From an uncultured delta proteobacterium (GTDB lineage Bacteria > Desulfobacterota > Binatia > DP-6): a stretch of DNA of 64,000 bases. A program made the translations under genes and the position numbers. Each line of letters opens with the position of its first letter. Positions within the stretch are counted from its first letter, which is position 1. Below, in pieces: positions 19,984 through 30,122 of this stretch. The notes below the pieces were generated by a model. The model was not told the DNA's origin, did no database searches, and worked only from the letters and a program-made list of their open reading frames with translations. The DNA lies in assembly GCA_963815115.1 (NCBI GenBank), contig CAWFFN010000009.1, positions 352,001 through 416,000 of the forward strand, read 5' to 3'.

Positions 19984-20112
19984 GCGTCGAGTAGCCCGCG
20001 TATCGCGTGAGTGTACTGCGTGGCCCACGGGCCATCGGCCGACCATTCGAGCTGACTGTACCCCGCCCCGTGGGGAGTCTCTGACGCTCCGGACGAGTAC
20101 CTCGTCTCGCTC
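19984..20112. repeat. ~130-bp structured direct repeat, copy 2
   Basis: Matches 17127-17258. Confidence 0.9.
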
Positions 20113-20284
20113 GCGATGGTCGCGAGATGAAACCACTGGATCTCAAGGCGCACCTCGTGGTACGTCCGACGGCGTGGCGAAACCCTCGTCGAAAACGCCC
20201 GTCGCGCGCCTTGGAAGATCAAATGGTTGGCGACGCCGCCCTTGGTGAGGCGAAACCAACAGGTTCTGCCACAGGGAGGCGACG

Positions 20285-20881
20285 ATGAAGGCAGCGATCT
20301 ACGCTCGGGTCAGTACCTCGAACGGCGAGCAGAACCCGGAGACGCAGCTGGACGAGCTGCGTACCTGGGCGCAGCGGCTTGGGCACGACGTCGTCGCGGG
20401 GTACGTCGATCGAGTGTCCGGAGCGAAGGGCGCTGATGAGCGTCCCGCGCTTGCGGACGCGCTCCAGGCCGCGCATGAGCGGCGGTTCGACGTTCTGCTC
20501 GTCTGGGCGCTCGACAGGCTTAGCAGGGGCGGCATCGGGCCCACGGCTGGGATCCTCGACCGACTCCGACGGTCAGGTGTCGCGTTGAAAAGCTACAAGG
20601 AACCCTGGCTCGACACCGCCGCGCCGGGCGTCGGCGAGCTGCTGACGGCTGTCTTCTCGTGGGTTGCCCAGCAAGAGCGGGAGCGCATTCGGGAGCGCGT
20701 CCGCGCCGGACTCGATCGCGCGCGACGACGTGGGACGAAGAGCGGCCGGGCGATTGGCAGGCCACGCGTGCACATCGATCCGGAGCGGGCCCGACGGGCC
20801 GTCGAGCATGCCGGGTCGATCCGCCAGGCGGCGAAGCGGCTGGGCGTGTCCGTGCGGTCGCTCCGACGGCGGCTCGCGTAG
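20285..20881 (+). CDS. Serine recombinase (resolvase/invertase)
   Basis: YARVST, Q...Q...L, LDRLSR, ERERIRER..AG, GRP and C-terminal HTH. Confidence 0.95.
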   Translation: MKAAIYARVSTSNGEQNPETQLDELRTWAQRLGHDVVAGYVDRVSGAKGADERPALADALQAAHERRFDVLLVWALDRLSRGGIGPTAGILDRLRRSGVALKSYKEPWLDTAAPGVGELLTAVFSWVAQQERERIRERVRAGLDRARRRGTKSGRAIGRPRVHIDPERARRAVEHAGSIRQAAKRLGVSVRSLRRRLA

Positions 20882-20894
20882 GGACCCAGCGCGC

Positions 20895-21055
20895 CGACGT
20901 ACCTACGTCGGCCGGGCGCTCGACGCGGCCATCGACCTCGCGACCGTCCAGCGGCTCGTCGGGCACCGGTCGCCGATAACCGCCAGTCGGTACGATCGCA
21001 GAGACGATCGCGCCCGCGAACGTGCCGCTAGACTGGTGCGGCTGCCGATGCATTG
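20895..21055 (+). pseudogene. Tyrosine recombinase C-terminal fragment
   Basis: DLATVQRLVGHRSPITASRYDRR, homologous to the end of 35101-36096. Confidence 0.75.
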
Positions 21056-21275
21056 TAGGAGTCGGCGGGGCTGGCAAGCGCGGCGCGGTTTGATATGGCC
21101 GCGCCATGGAACAGTCTCAGGTGTGCGACCAGCCTGCTCATCCGCCCCCGAAGTGCTCCGCAGTCGGCGTGCCGCATAACCGGAGGCAGACCGAGGACCG
21201 CACGGCTGCCGCGCCGCTGTGTACGGGTCGCGATGAGGCTGCAGTTGGTGGACCCGAACCTGCAACGTCAGCCTG

Positions 21276-21902
21276 ATGCTCGACCTCACGAAGGGAACGC
21301 TCAACTGTTGGGTATTCGGAGGCCTAGACCTGTTCGAGGGCCTCAAAGAATACACCGGCCGCCTCGAAGAGCAGATCGACCGCATGGCCGAAACGGAGCG
21401 TCACCGGCTAGCAGAGGTGCCACCAGACGATGAACCAGAAGCCTCCGAGCGGTGGCACCGCCACTGGTTGTTCGAGGACGCGATACCTCGGAACTTCCGC
21501 TACTCCGGAGTCACGCTACTGGTGACGACCATTGAGACAATACTTCTGCAGGTGTGTCAGGAACTACGTACCTCGCGGAAATTGCCGCTCGCAGTCAGTG
21601 ACCTCCACGGCCGGACCCACGAGAGAGCCCTCAAGTATCTCCAGAAGGTTGCGGGTATTCAGTTGCCGGCATCGACGTTCCGATCGACGCTGAAGCATCT
21701 GGTTACCGTGCGACATTGCATCGCGCACGCGGCAGGCAATGTGAACTTGATGGGCAGCCCGGAGGCCGTACGTGTCGCGGTGGCAGGCCTCGACGGGTTC
21801 AACCTCTCCTCTGACGACTACGTGGAGATCGACAAGGGAGTTTGCAACCGTCTCGTTGATGAGGCTTCCAGGTGGCTCGATGAGGTGGTGGAAGCCACTT
21901 GA
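21276..21902 (+). CDS. Putative HEPN-like protein
   Basis: LLVTTIETIL and TVRHCIAH (RxxxxH). Confidence 0.65.
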   Translation: MLDLTKGTLNCWVFGGLDLFEGLKEYTGRLEEQIDRMAETERHRLAEVPPDDEPEASERWHRHWLFEDAIPRNFRYSGVTLLVTTIETILLQVCQELRTSRKLPLAVSDLHGRTHERALKYLQKVAGIQLPASTFRSTLKHLVTVRHCIAHAAGNVNLMGSPEAVRVAVAGLDGFNLSSDDYVEIDKGVCNRLVDEASRWLDEVVEAT

Positions 21903-22157
21903 GCCTGGCGGCTCGGTTGGGGAACCTGCAGGGAGTTGGGCTCGAAGCACCGACCATCCCCGACGCGGAGGCGGTGCAGCGCTCGACGACCATGAGGCTG
22001 CGTGAACGCGACGGGGCCAGACACAGTAGGAAGGTTCCCATGTCGTGCGACATCTGCATGACGGTGGCGTGCGCGGCGACCGTCGCAGCCTTGACGGCTG
22101 CTCGCTGGATGGCGGCCGAGCTCTAGCCCGGACAGGCAAGGCATCGAGGGCGATTGT

Positions 22158-22778
22158 ATGGCTACCGAGTCGAAGTCCACGTTTGAGATCAACCTCGAGC
22201 GGGCATCGTACTTCCTCGACATTCACGCATGGGGTCAGGGCGGTGAGAGGGGAGCACCAGCCAAGCCGCTGAGGGAGCTACCTCGCGGCGCGGTCGTCTT
22301 TGCAGTGGGTGCCCTTGACGCTTACTTGTCCGAGGTATCGGCCGAGGTACTTGTCGCACAGCTTCAGGCGAACCTTCCTTCGCAGGAGATGCGGGACCTC
22401 CTGAAACGAGTACAAAGTGAACTCCCCACGCTCCCGTTGGAGGTTGCGTTGCTCTCCCACCATAGCGATCGGATTGTTCGCATCAGGGAGGCGGTCACCG
22501 ACCACTTCCACAACCGTGTGAGTCAGCATGGTACCAGAGCGCTCTCGACGACGTTGATTCGTCTCGGCGGCAAGCCCGCAGACATGTGGAGCGCCTTGGG
22601 AGCGCGTGGGCTCTCAAACGCGCAGTTCGATCTGGACCGTTGGACCGATCTGCGCCACCAGATCGTGCACCAGGGAAAGAGGCCCTCTATTCGCAGGAAG
22701 CAAGCGAGGGCGTGCCTGGAGTTGCTGTCAGCCATCGTAGAGGAGGTGGACAAAGCGTGCGACGATCTCCTGCCGTAG
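22158..22778 (+). CDS. Putative HEPN protein (RiboL-PSP-HEPN-like)
   Basis: RGAVVFAVGALDAYL and DLRHQIVH (RxxxxH). Confidence 0.7.
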   Translation: MATESKSTFEINLERASYFLDIHAWGQGGERGAPAKPLRELPRGAVVFAVGALDAYLSEVSAEVLVAQLQANLPSQEMRDLLKRVQSELPTLPLEVALLSHHSDRIVRIREAVTDHFHNRVSQHGTRALSTTLIRLGGKPADMWSALGARGLSNAQFDLDRWTDLRHQIVHQGKRPSIRRKQARACLELLSAIVEEVDKACDDLLP

Positions 22779-23051
22779 CTGCCTGGATAGCCCACGCGAA
22801 CGGGCTGAGGGTGACGCCATCTGCGGTTGGGTGACTGACATGATGAGCGCGGGAGACGTCCTCGCGGTACTCGGCTGGTTGCCCTCGGATGTCGATGCTG
22901 ACGCCGCACTTGTTGCCAACCTGCTTGGCATCCCGGAGGCCGAAGCGTCGCAGCTGCTCGCCGAGCTAGAGGGGGGGGCAGCGGGCGACATCACGAGCGC
23001 GACGGGGCCGGTGCAGTAGCAAGCGCGAGCCCACGACTGGTCACAGGCAAG

Positions 23052-23648
23052 ATGCAGACCGACCGAAGAAGGGCGGAAGAACTCATCATCGCCCAGATGG
23101 TGGCAGCGAAGCTGGGCGGCGAGGCCCGGCTCGCCAAACCGGACCCGCCCGACGCCTGGATCGACGTGCCAGGTGAGCCCGATCCCATACCCGTGGAGGT
23201 CGTGCGCGCATATCCATGGCCCGAAGGGCAGCAGCCCGAGCCGCAACGCGGCGCTCCCGCTGCACGGGCCGATGCCCAAAGGAAGCGTCAGGTTGAGGCG
23301 TTGCGGGAGGCTGGCGCGCCCGGCGTCATCTCCGGGATCCGAGATGCGAAGCAACCGTTCGCGGTGCCTGCGGTGCCCGGCGCAGCTGCCGCGCTAGGGC
23401 TGGAGATGGAGCGGCTCTCCCCGAGCCTATGGCTCATCGAGGCGGTGCGGCCGAAGTGTGAGATGCCGTACGCAACCGGTACGATCCTGGCGGTCGACTT
23501 CCGGTACCCCTGGCATCTCGACCCTGAGTACCTCGCTGAAGTCGGCCCGTTCGTGGCGAAGCATGGGCCTGCGCTCCGCTCGGTGTACGTCTGTCCATGG
23601 GGCAAGGAAGCGCGCCTGGCTCCATTTCCGTCGGGTCCACGCGGATAA
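23052..23648 (+). CDS. Hypothetical protein, possible PD-(D/E)xK nuclease fold
   Basis: E...PDPPDAWI...IPVEVV pattern. Confidence 0.5.
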   Translation: MQTDRRRAEELIIAQMVAAKLGGEARLAKPDPPDAWIDVPGEPDPIPVEVVRAYPWPEGQQPEPQRGAPAARADAQRKRQVEALREAGAPGVISGIRDAKQPFAVPAVPGAAAALGLEMERLSPSLWLIEAVRPKCEMPYATGTILAVDFRYPWHLDPEYLAEVGPFVAKHGPALRSVYVCPWGKEARLAPFPSGPRG

Positions 23649-23977
23649 CGAGTAGGATCCCAGTACGCCCCCGTCAGGAGCCATCGAAGGGTCACAAGGG
23701 ATCCACCGGCTGGCGGCACGCCCGCGTACGGGGCGCTGCGGCGCAACCACGGTCATCCCGGCGTGGTTCAGGGCGAGGCGTCGCGAGGCACGGCAACCTG
23801 CCGGGGTGTGCTTGACAGCCGTCGCCTCACGCGGAACTGGGGCGAACCCGGCAGGGCGAGCGCGCGGTGAGCGAGCGCGTTTCCCTGACGGCACCAGCCG
23901 AGCCACGGCCGGGGGCGGCCGGTTGACGCTTCTGACGTTTCCGTGCACACGCCGATGCTCCGGACGGAGGTTCTGCG

Positions 23978-24284
23978 ATGCGCCGACTTCCTCGCCGACT
24001 CTGGTCTGCCACTCTTACCCTGGTCGCGATCCTCGGGAGCTGGATGCGTCTACCACCATCGATGGGACCGTCCAGGTGCGACCGCGTCGAATTTCTACCG
24101 GGACTCCCAGGCCTGCCACCACGAGGTCGATCCGCGCTGGTCGTTCTGCACGGGGAACGCATGCAGGGACATGGAGGCCCATCAGCGCGACGCGATGGCG
24201 CGTTGCCTTCGTGCGCGAGGCTGGAGCAGTCGAGGCGTCGCGAGCATCACGGGCGGCTCGGACGAGGAATACGCGGGCGAGTAG
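23978..24284 (+). CDS. Small putative lipoprotein (frameshift near 24036)
   Basis: Signal MRRLPRR...LVAIL joins GAGC in a second frame, then WDRPGAT...C...CLRARGW. Confidence 0.45.
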
Positions 24285-24803
24285 TCTCAGGAGGACGAGG
24301 CCGCCCTCAAGCCGTAGGCGTGTAATTCCCCGCCGCCCGTGTGCCGCCTTCGCAGGATTTTTCTGTCCACCCGCCCATTTCAAAGGTCGAGGGCGTATAC
24401 CCTGGTGTGAGCGATTCTCAGGGCCCCCTACCAGCGCCGCGCGGCCGTCCTCGTGCGCGGCATAGAGTCCGGTGGCGTGCGCGCGCGTGCCGGGTGCGGG
24501 TTCCCGTGCACAGCACGTTCTGGAGGGTACGGATGAAAGGACACAACGCGACTCACGGCTGATGGCCGACGGCCCTGACGGGCCCCCTGGCCGCAGCCGC
24601 ACGCGCGTGAGGCCGGATGCACGAGCGCAGGCCGGTGGCCGTTCTGGCACACGATCACGTGGATGTTCTCGCGCGGAACATTCGGGCGTTGGTCGTCCGG
24701 CCCGTGGCGTGCGGCTTGATCTACGGGAGCGCCCCGGCGCGGCGGCACTCCCTGCTCAAAAAAAATACCGGCCCAGGACGATCCGGGACGGAGAATAGAT
24801 CGC

Positions 24804-25010
24804 ATGACGAAAAACACGCAGCACCTCACTGCGCCCCGCGCCGTCGGACGCCCGAGACATCCCGAACCGTTGACGCGGCTGGTCGTCACGGTCGAATCCT
24901 CGACCCTCGACCGGCTCCACGAGATCGCGAACGCCGAAGATAGGAGCCTGTCCTCGATCGCGCGGCGAGCGCTCACGCGTGAAGTCGCGCAGCACCCGGA
25001 GGCTGCGTAA
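24804..25010 (+). CDS. Ribbon-helix-helix (CopG-like) protein
   Basis: GRPR, LVVTV, LHEIA...RSLSSIARRAL. Confidence 0.75.
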   Translation: MTKNTQHLTAPRAVGRPRHPEPLTRLVVTVESSTLDRLHEIANAEDRSLSSIARRALTREVAQHPEAA

Positions 25011-25333
25011 TGGGCGCGGCGCACGACTTCGCAGCGGCCCATGTGGTCTGCAAGGCCGACGCGGCCAGCGTGACGATCGAACTCGCCGGCCGGACCGGCG
25101 AGCCCGCATCCGTTCCGGGGCTCTCCGTCGCGACCGTGGTCGGCCGCGAGCTGGTCGGGTCGCTCCTGGTGACTGACGACTCCATCATCCTCGTGCCGGC
25201 AGGAGCCGCAGGCCTGGTGCGGCTCCAGTTCAAGCTGCCGCGTGCCCACGGCGTCAAGGAGATCTTGTGCGACATCGCCTTGACGGCACCCGACGACGAC
25301 CGGGTCGGCATCGGCCAGGTGACGGTCAGCTGA
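25010..25333 (+). CDS. Hypothetical protein
   Basis: Overlapping stop/start codons with both neighbours. Confidence 0.6.
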   Translation: MGAAHDFAAAHVVCKADAASVTIELAGRTGEPASVPGLSVATVVGRELVGSLLVTDDSIILVPAGAAGLVRLQFKLPRAHGVKEILCDIALTAPDDDRVGIGQVTVS

Positions 25334-25826
25334 TGCAGCGGGTACGTGGCAAGGTCCGCACGCTCGAACTCACCGACTTCAAGACGAAGGCGGCGACGGA
25401 CGGTTCTCTCATCATCACCGGTCTCGCGAACACCCCGAACATCGACCGGATGAAGGAGATCGTCGAGTGGAACGCGTTCAGCGCCACGCTCCCGATCTAC
25501 ATGAAGAACCCGATCATGTTGTTGCAGCACGACCCGCGCCAGCCGATCGGGACGTTCACGGAAGTGCTGGCCACCCAGCAGGGCTTGCGGGTCAACGGCG
25601 TCGTGGTGTCCGGCACCCCGGCGGCCGACGAGGCGCAGGTGCTGATCAAGCACGGCGTGCTCCGGAGCTTCTCCATCGGGTTCCGAGAATTGGACGGCGG
25701 GTACGACGAGAACGACATCTACCACATCACGTCGGGCGAACTCTACGAGATCTCCGTCGTGTCGATCCCGGCCAACAGGGAGTCCATCTTCACCATGGAG
25801 GGTGGGATCACCAAGGCCGTCCGCTA
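25333..25826 (+). pseudogene. HK97-family phage prohead protease, 3'-truncated
   Basis: DRMKEIV, LLQHD..PIG, SFSIGF, LYEISVVSIPAN. Confidence 0.88.
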
Positions 25827-26083
25827 CTCGGGCGACACCCGCGCCAGTATGACGCAGAACGCGCGCTCCGCCCGGCTGAGCTTGGGCCGTTGCGCTGGGC
25901 GTCGCAGGACGGCCCGCTGCTGTCGCAGAGCCAGGTTCTCTAGCGCCAGCTCGCGGCGAGACTTGAGGCTCGACCGCGCCGCTGAGAGCAGGGCCCACAC
26001 GAGCTTCTTCATGGTTCGCGGAGCCTGCCCCAAGCGCGGAAACATCAAGGATCTCACCCAGCACGCGGTTTTGAGGACCCACA
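25824..26083 (-). mobile_element. IS left-end remnant with integrase-core-type transposase N-terminus
   Basis: Terminal TGTGGGTCCTCAAAAC; SRRELALENLALRQQ.AVLRR...RPKL. Confidence 0.7.
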
Positions 26084-26345
26084 GGCGGCAGGGCCGATCG
26101 GACGGACTCCCCCACGGGACCGCGTACCACCGGGACCGGAGCGAACCGAGCGCGTGGGTCGCCTCTCTTCGAGGCGACCCACGACTTCCTCGTGCCGCAG
26201 TTTCACGGAATGGCAGCCCCGCTGGGTCAGCGCCGCCCCCCTTGACAAGGCCAGGCCAGCGGGCTTAGACATCTGCCCAATTCGACTGCCCAATACAGCC
26301 GCCCAATCCAGCGATGGGCGAGCCAGAAGACAAGGAGAACGAACG

Positions 26346-27140
26346 ATGTCTGCCACCTCGTACCCCGAAAGCGAACTGGAGTCGGGCGCCTCGGCCGCGA
26401 GCCGTGCCGTGATCCTGCTCTACGGAATCGCGACCTACCTCTTTTTCCTGGCGGTCTTCGTGTACACGATCGGCTTCGTCGGAGGGTTCGTCGTCCCCAA
26501 GCACATCGAGAACGGCGCGCCGGGGGATACCCCGAGCGCGATCCTCGTCGACGTCGCCCTCCTCGCCCTGTTCGCGATCCAGCACAGCGTGATGGCGCGA
26601 CCCGCCTTCAAGCGCTGGTGGACGCAGATCATCCCGGCCGCGGCCGAACGGAGCACGTTCGTGCTGTGTGCCAGCGCACTTCTGGCCCTGATCGTCTGGC
26701 AGTGGCGGCCCCTGCCCGGCGTCGTGTGGGAGGTGGAGAGCCCGATGGGCGTCGCGGTGCTGCACGGCCTCTACTTCCTCGGGTGGGGAATCGTCCTCTA
26801 CGCGACCTTCCTGATCGATCACTTCGAGCTGTTCGGCGTGCGTCAGGCGATCGACCATGCCTTCGGCCGACCCGCTGAGCAGGCGCGGTTCACCGAGCGC
26901 TCCCTCTACCGCGTCGTGCGGCACCCACTGATGCTCGGCTTCCTCGTCGCGTTCTGGGCTGCGCCGGTGATGTCCCCAGGACGTCTCCTCTTCGCGGGAG
27001 TGATCACGGCGTGGGTTCTTCTGGCCATCCGCGTCGAGGAGTCGACGCTCGTCGAGATGCATGGCGAGGTGTACGAAAGCTATCGTCGTCGTGTCCCTGC
27101 ACTCCTGCCGAGATTCCGCTGGCGGGCCAGTGCGGAATGA
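26346..27140 (+). CDS. mddA: Methanethiol S-methyltransferase (ICMT-like)
   Basis: FAIQHSVMAR..FKRWWT, ERSTFVL, IDHFELFG, LYRVVRHPLM. Confidence 0.85.
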   Translation: MSATSYPESELESGASAASRAVILLYGIATYLFFLAVFVYTIGFVGGFVVPKHIENGAPGDTPSAILVDVALLALFAIQHSVMARPAFKRWWTQIIPAAAERSTFVLCASALLALIVWQWRPLPGVVWEVESPMGVAVLHGLYFLGWGIVLYATFLIDHFELFGVRQAIDHAFGRPAEQARFTERSLYRVVRHPLMLGFLVAFWAAPVMSPGRLLFAGVITAWVLLAIRVEESTLVEMHGEVYESYRRRVPALLPRFRWRASAE

Positions 27141-27851
27141 GTGAAGGAGCTTCCCGGGATGAAACGACCCAGTGAAGCGGCAGCCCATCGCGGCGGCCGC
27201 AGTCGCTTCCAGACCGCTCGGATGCAACCCGCCGGGGCTTCTCACGGCCGCCGGGAGGCCGTCGGCGCGCTGCTCGACGCGGCGGAGCGCCTGCTCGTCG
27301 AACAAGGCTACGGAGCGGTCACGACCCGGAACCTCGCCGAGCGGGCCGGCGTCAACCATGGCCTGGTGCACTACTACTTCGGCTCGATGGAAGAGGTGAT
27401 GGTGCAGGTGCTCGGGCGCTTCACGGCCAGGCTGATCGAGCGCCAGCGCGCCATGTACTCGAGCGAGCGCTCGTTCCTCGAGAAGTGGCGCGCGGCATGG
27501 GCCTTTCAGCAAGAGGACCTGTCGAGCGGCTACTCGAAGATCTGGCTGGAGCTGCAGGCCATGGCGTGGAACCGGCCGGAGCTGCGCGCGCGCGTCCAGC
27601 AGGTGAACGAGGAGTGGCGACGGGTGCTGACCGAGGCCTTCGCGCCGGCCGCCCGCGAGTACGGCTTCGGCGCGCTCTCGCTCGAGGCCACCGTGAGCCT
27701 CGTGATGACCATGGCACAGGGATACGCGCTCGAGAAGCTGTCCGGCATCGACGAGGGCCACGCGGCCCTGCTCTCGGAGATCGACTCCTGGATGAAGTCA
27801 CGCGCGAGGGGAGCAAGGGGCTCCCGATCGAAGAAGGAGCACACGTCATGA
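27141..27851 (+). CDS. TetR family regulator (true start may be ~27222)
   Basis: LLDAAERLL...TTRNLAERAGVNHGLVHYYFGS. Confidence 0.92.
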   Translation: MKELPGMKRPSEAAAHRGGRSRFQTARMQPAGASHGRREAVGALLDAAERLLVEQGYGAVTTRNLAERAGVNHGLVHYYFGSMEEVMVQVLGRFTARLIERQRAMYSSERSFLEKWRAAWAFQQEDLSSGYSKIWLELQAMAWNRPELRARVQQVNEEWRRVLTEAFAPAAREYGFGALSLEATVSLVMTMAQGYALEKLSGIDEGHAALLSEIDSWMKSRARGARGSRSKKEHTS

Positions 27852-30001
27852 GGACCACCTGGACACCGACCGGCGAGCAGAGCCGCGCCCGCTACCCCGA
27901 CGCCGAGGGCTACGCCTCGCGCGAGGACGGCACGCGCATCTTCTACGAGGTGTACGGCGAAGGGGATCGCACGATCGTCTTCGTGCCCCCCTGGGCCATC
28001 GTGCACTCGCGGCTGTGGAAGGCGCAGATCCCCTACTTCGCGAGGCGTTCGCGCGTGATCGCCTTCGATCCGCGCGGCAACGGCCGCTCCGACCGGCCGG
28101 CCGACGTCTCGCTCTACTCCGAGGAGGAGAACGCCGCCGACATCGGCGCCGTGCTCGATGCAACCGGCACCGACCGGGCCACGCTGGTCACGATGTCGCG
28201 CGGCTGCCAGCGGAGCCTCCTGTTCGCAGCGGAGAAGCCCCATCGTGTGGAGGGAGTGGTCTTCATGTCGTGCGGGACCCTGCTCTCACCCGAGCGACGA
28301 GAGGTCGACGACCTCACGCAGCAGATCCTCCCTGCCCGCGACGTACCCATCGATGCGCTGCCTGCCATGAACTACTTCAATCGCGAGGCCTGGCAGCGTG
28401 ACCCGGAGATGTATCGGTCCTTCCTGATCTGGTTCTTCGAGACCTTCTTCGAGGAGCATTCGACGAAGCAGATCGAGGACGCCATTGGCTGGGGCCTCGA
28501 GACTGACGGGAACACGCTGGCCGCAACCCATCTGGGCCCGCAGATCGATGCCGAGCGGACGCGCGGGCTCTGCGCCCGCATCCGGTGTCCCACGTTCGTG
28601 ATCCACGGAACCGGCGACAGCATCACGCCGTTCGCGGAGGGCGAAGCCCTGGCGGCTGCGCTGGGAACGCGCCTCGAGGCGGTCGACGGCTCGGGCCACG
28701 GGCCCATGGCACGAAAACCGGTGCAGGTGAATCACGCGTTGCGCGAGTTCCTCGAGCCCGGCTTCGAGCGCGAGCCCGCTCCGCGGCCTCGCCGACGGAG
28801 CGGCCCCAAGCGCGTCCTCTACATCTCGTCGCCCATCGGCCTCGGCCATGCACAGCGCGACGTCGCGATCGCGCGAGCGCTGCGGCAACGGGTGGACGGC
28901 GTCGAGATCGATTGGCTGGCGCAGCATCCCGTGACGCGTGTTCTCGAAGCCGAAGGCGAGTCGATTCACCCGGCGAGCCGTCACCTGGCGAGCGAGTCGA
29001 AGCACATCGAGTGCGAGTCCGCCGAGCACGACCTACACTGCTTCCAGGCGATCCGGCGCATGGACGAGATCCTGATCAACAACTTCATGGTGTTCGACGA
29101 CGTCATGCGCGAGGGGAACTACGACCTGGTCGTCGGGGACGAAGCGTGGGAGGTCGACTACTACCTCCACGAGAATCCGCGGCAGAAGCGGACCCCCTAC
29201 GTCTGGCTGACCGACTTCGTCGGCTGGATTCCGATGCTCGACGGCGGCGAGCACGAGGTCTTCCTCACCGCCGACTACAACGAGGAGATGATCGGACACA
29301 TCGCACAGCATCCGGAGGTGCGCGACCGTGCGATCTTCGTCGGGAACCCGGAAGACATCGTTCCACGAACCTTCGGACCGGAGCTTCCCTGGATCCGCGA
29401 CTGGACGGAGAAGAACTACTCGTTTTCCGGGTACGTCACGGGCTTCGATCCGTCCGACCTCGACCGGGAAGGGTTGCGGGAGGAGCTCGGCTACCGTCGC
29501 GACGAGAAGGTCTGCATCGTCAGTGTCGGCGGCTCCGGTGTGGGTGAGCACCTCCTCCGCCGCGTGATCGAATCTCATGCCGAGGCCCGCCGGCGCGAGC
29601 CGGCGCTTCGGATGATCGTCGTGGCCGGGCCGCGTATCGATCCCACCTCGCTGCCCCGGCACCCGGGCCTCGAGGTCGTGGCGTACGTGCACAACCTCTA
29701 TCGCCACCTCGCGGCGTGCGACCTGGCCGTGGTCCAGGGTGGGCTCACCACGTCGATGGAGCTCGCTGCCAACGGGCGTCCCTTCCTCTACTTTCCCCTC
29801 CGGCACCACTTCGAGCAGAACGTCCACGTGCGCCACCGCCTCCAGAACTACGCAGCGGGTCGATGCATGGACTTCGACGCGGCAACCCCGGACGTGATCG
29901 CGGGGGCGATCGCCGAGGAGATCCGCCGGCCCACGAGCTACAGGCCCGTCGAAACCGACGGCGCCGACCGCGCCGCAGCGCTGATCGCCGAGCTCCTGTG
30001 A
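27848..30001 (+). CDS. Alpha/beta-hydrolase fused to GT-B (GT28-like) glycosyltransferase
   Basis: DPRGNGRS, IHGTGD, GSGH; then SPIGLGHAQRD, VGGSGVG, GGLTTSME, EQ. Confidence 0.88.
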   Translation: MRTTWTPTGEQSRARYPDAEGYASREDGTRIFYEVYGEGDRTIVFVPPWAIVHSRLWKAQIPYFARRSRVIAFDPRGNGRSDRPADVSLYSEEENAADIGAVLDATGTDRATLVTMSRGCQRSLLFAAEKPHRVEGVVFMSCGTLLSPERREVDDLTQQILPARDVPIDALPAMNYFNREAWQRDPEMYRSFLIWFFETFFEEHSTKQIEDAIGWGLETDGNTLAATHLGPQIDAERTRGLCARIRCPTFVIHGTGDSITPFAEGEALAAALGTRLEAVDGSGHGPMARKPVQVNHALREFLEPGFEREPAPRPRRRSGPKRVLYISSPIGLGHAQRDVAIARALRQRVDGVEIDWLAQHPVTRVLEAEGESIHPASRHLASESKHIECESAEHDLHCFQAIRRMDEILINNFMVFDDVMREGNYDLVVGDEAWEVDYYLHENPRQKRTPYVWLTDFVGWIPMLDGGEHEVFLTADYNEEMIGHIAQHPEVRDRAIFVGNPEDIVPRTFGPELPWIRDWTEKNYSFSGYVTGFDPSDLDREGLREELGYRRDEKVCIVSVGGSGVGEHLLRRVIESHAEARRREPALRMIVVAGPRIDPTSLPRHPGLEVVAYVHNLYRHLAACDLAVVQGGLTTSMELAANGRPFLYFPLRHHFEQNVHVRHRLQNYAAGRCMDFDAATPDVIAGAIAEEIRRPTSYRPVETDGADRAAALIAELL

Positions 30002-30122
30002 TCACGGGCTCGTACAGGCGACTGTCGTGCAATCGCGGCGCGGTCCGTATGCGGTCGCGCCGAGGATGAGGGCGCCTTCGTCGAGAGCCAGCCGGGTGAT
30101 AGTGGCTTTGAACGGAGCGGAG

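Noticed and set aside
22020-23830. Short similarity (VARHGNLP frame) between ~22040 and ~23790
   Set aside because: Too short and degenerate to support a repeat call.
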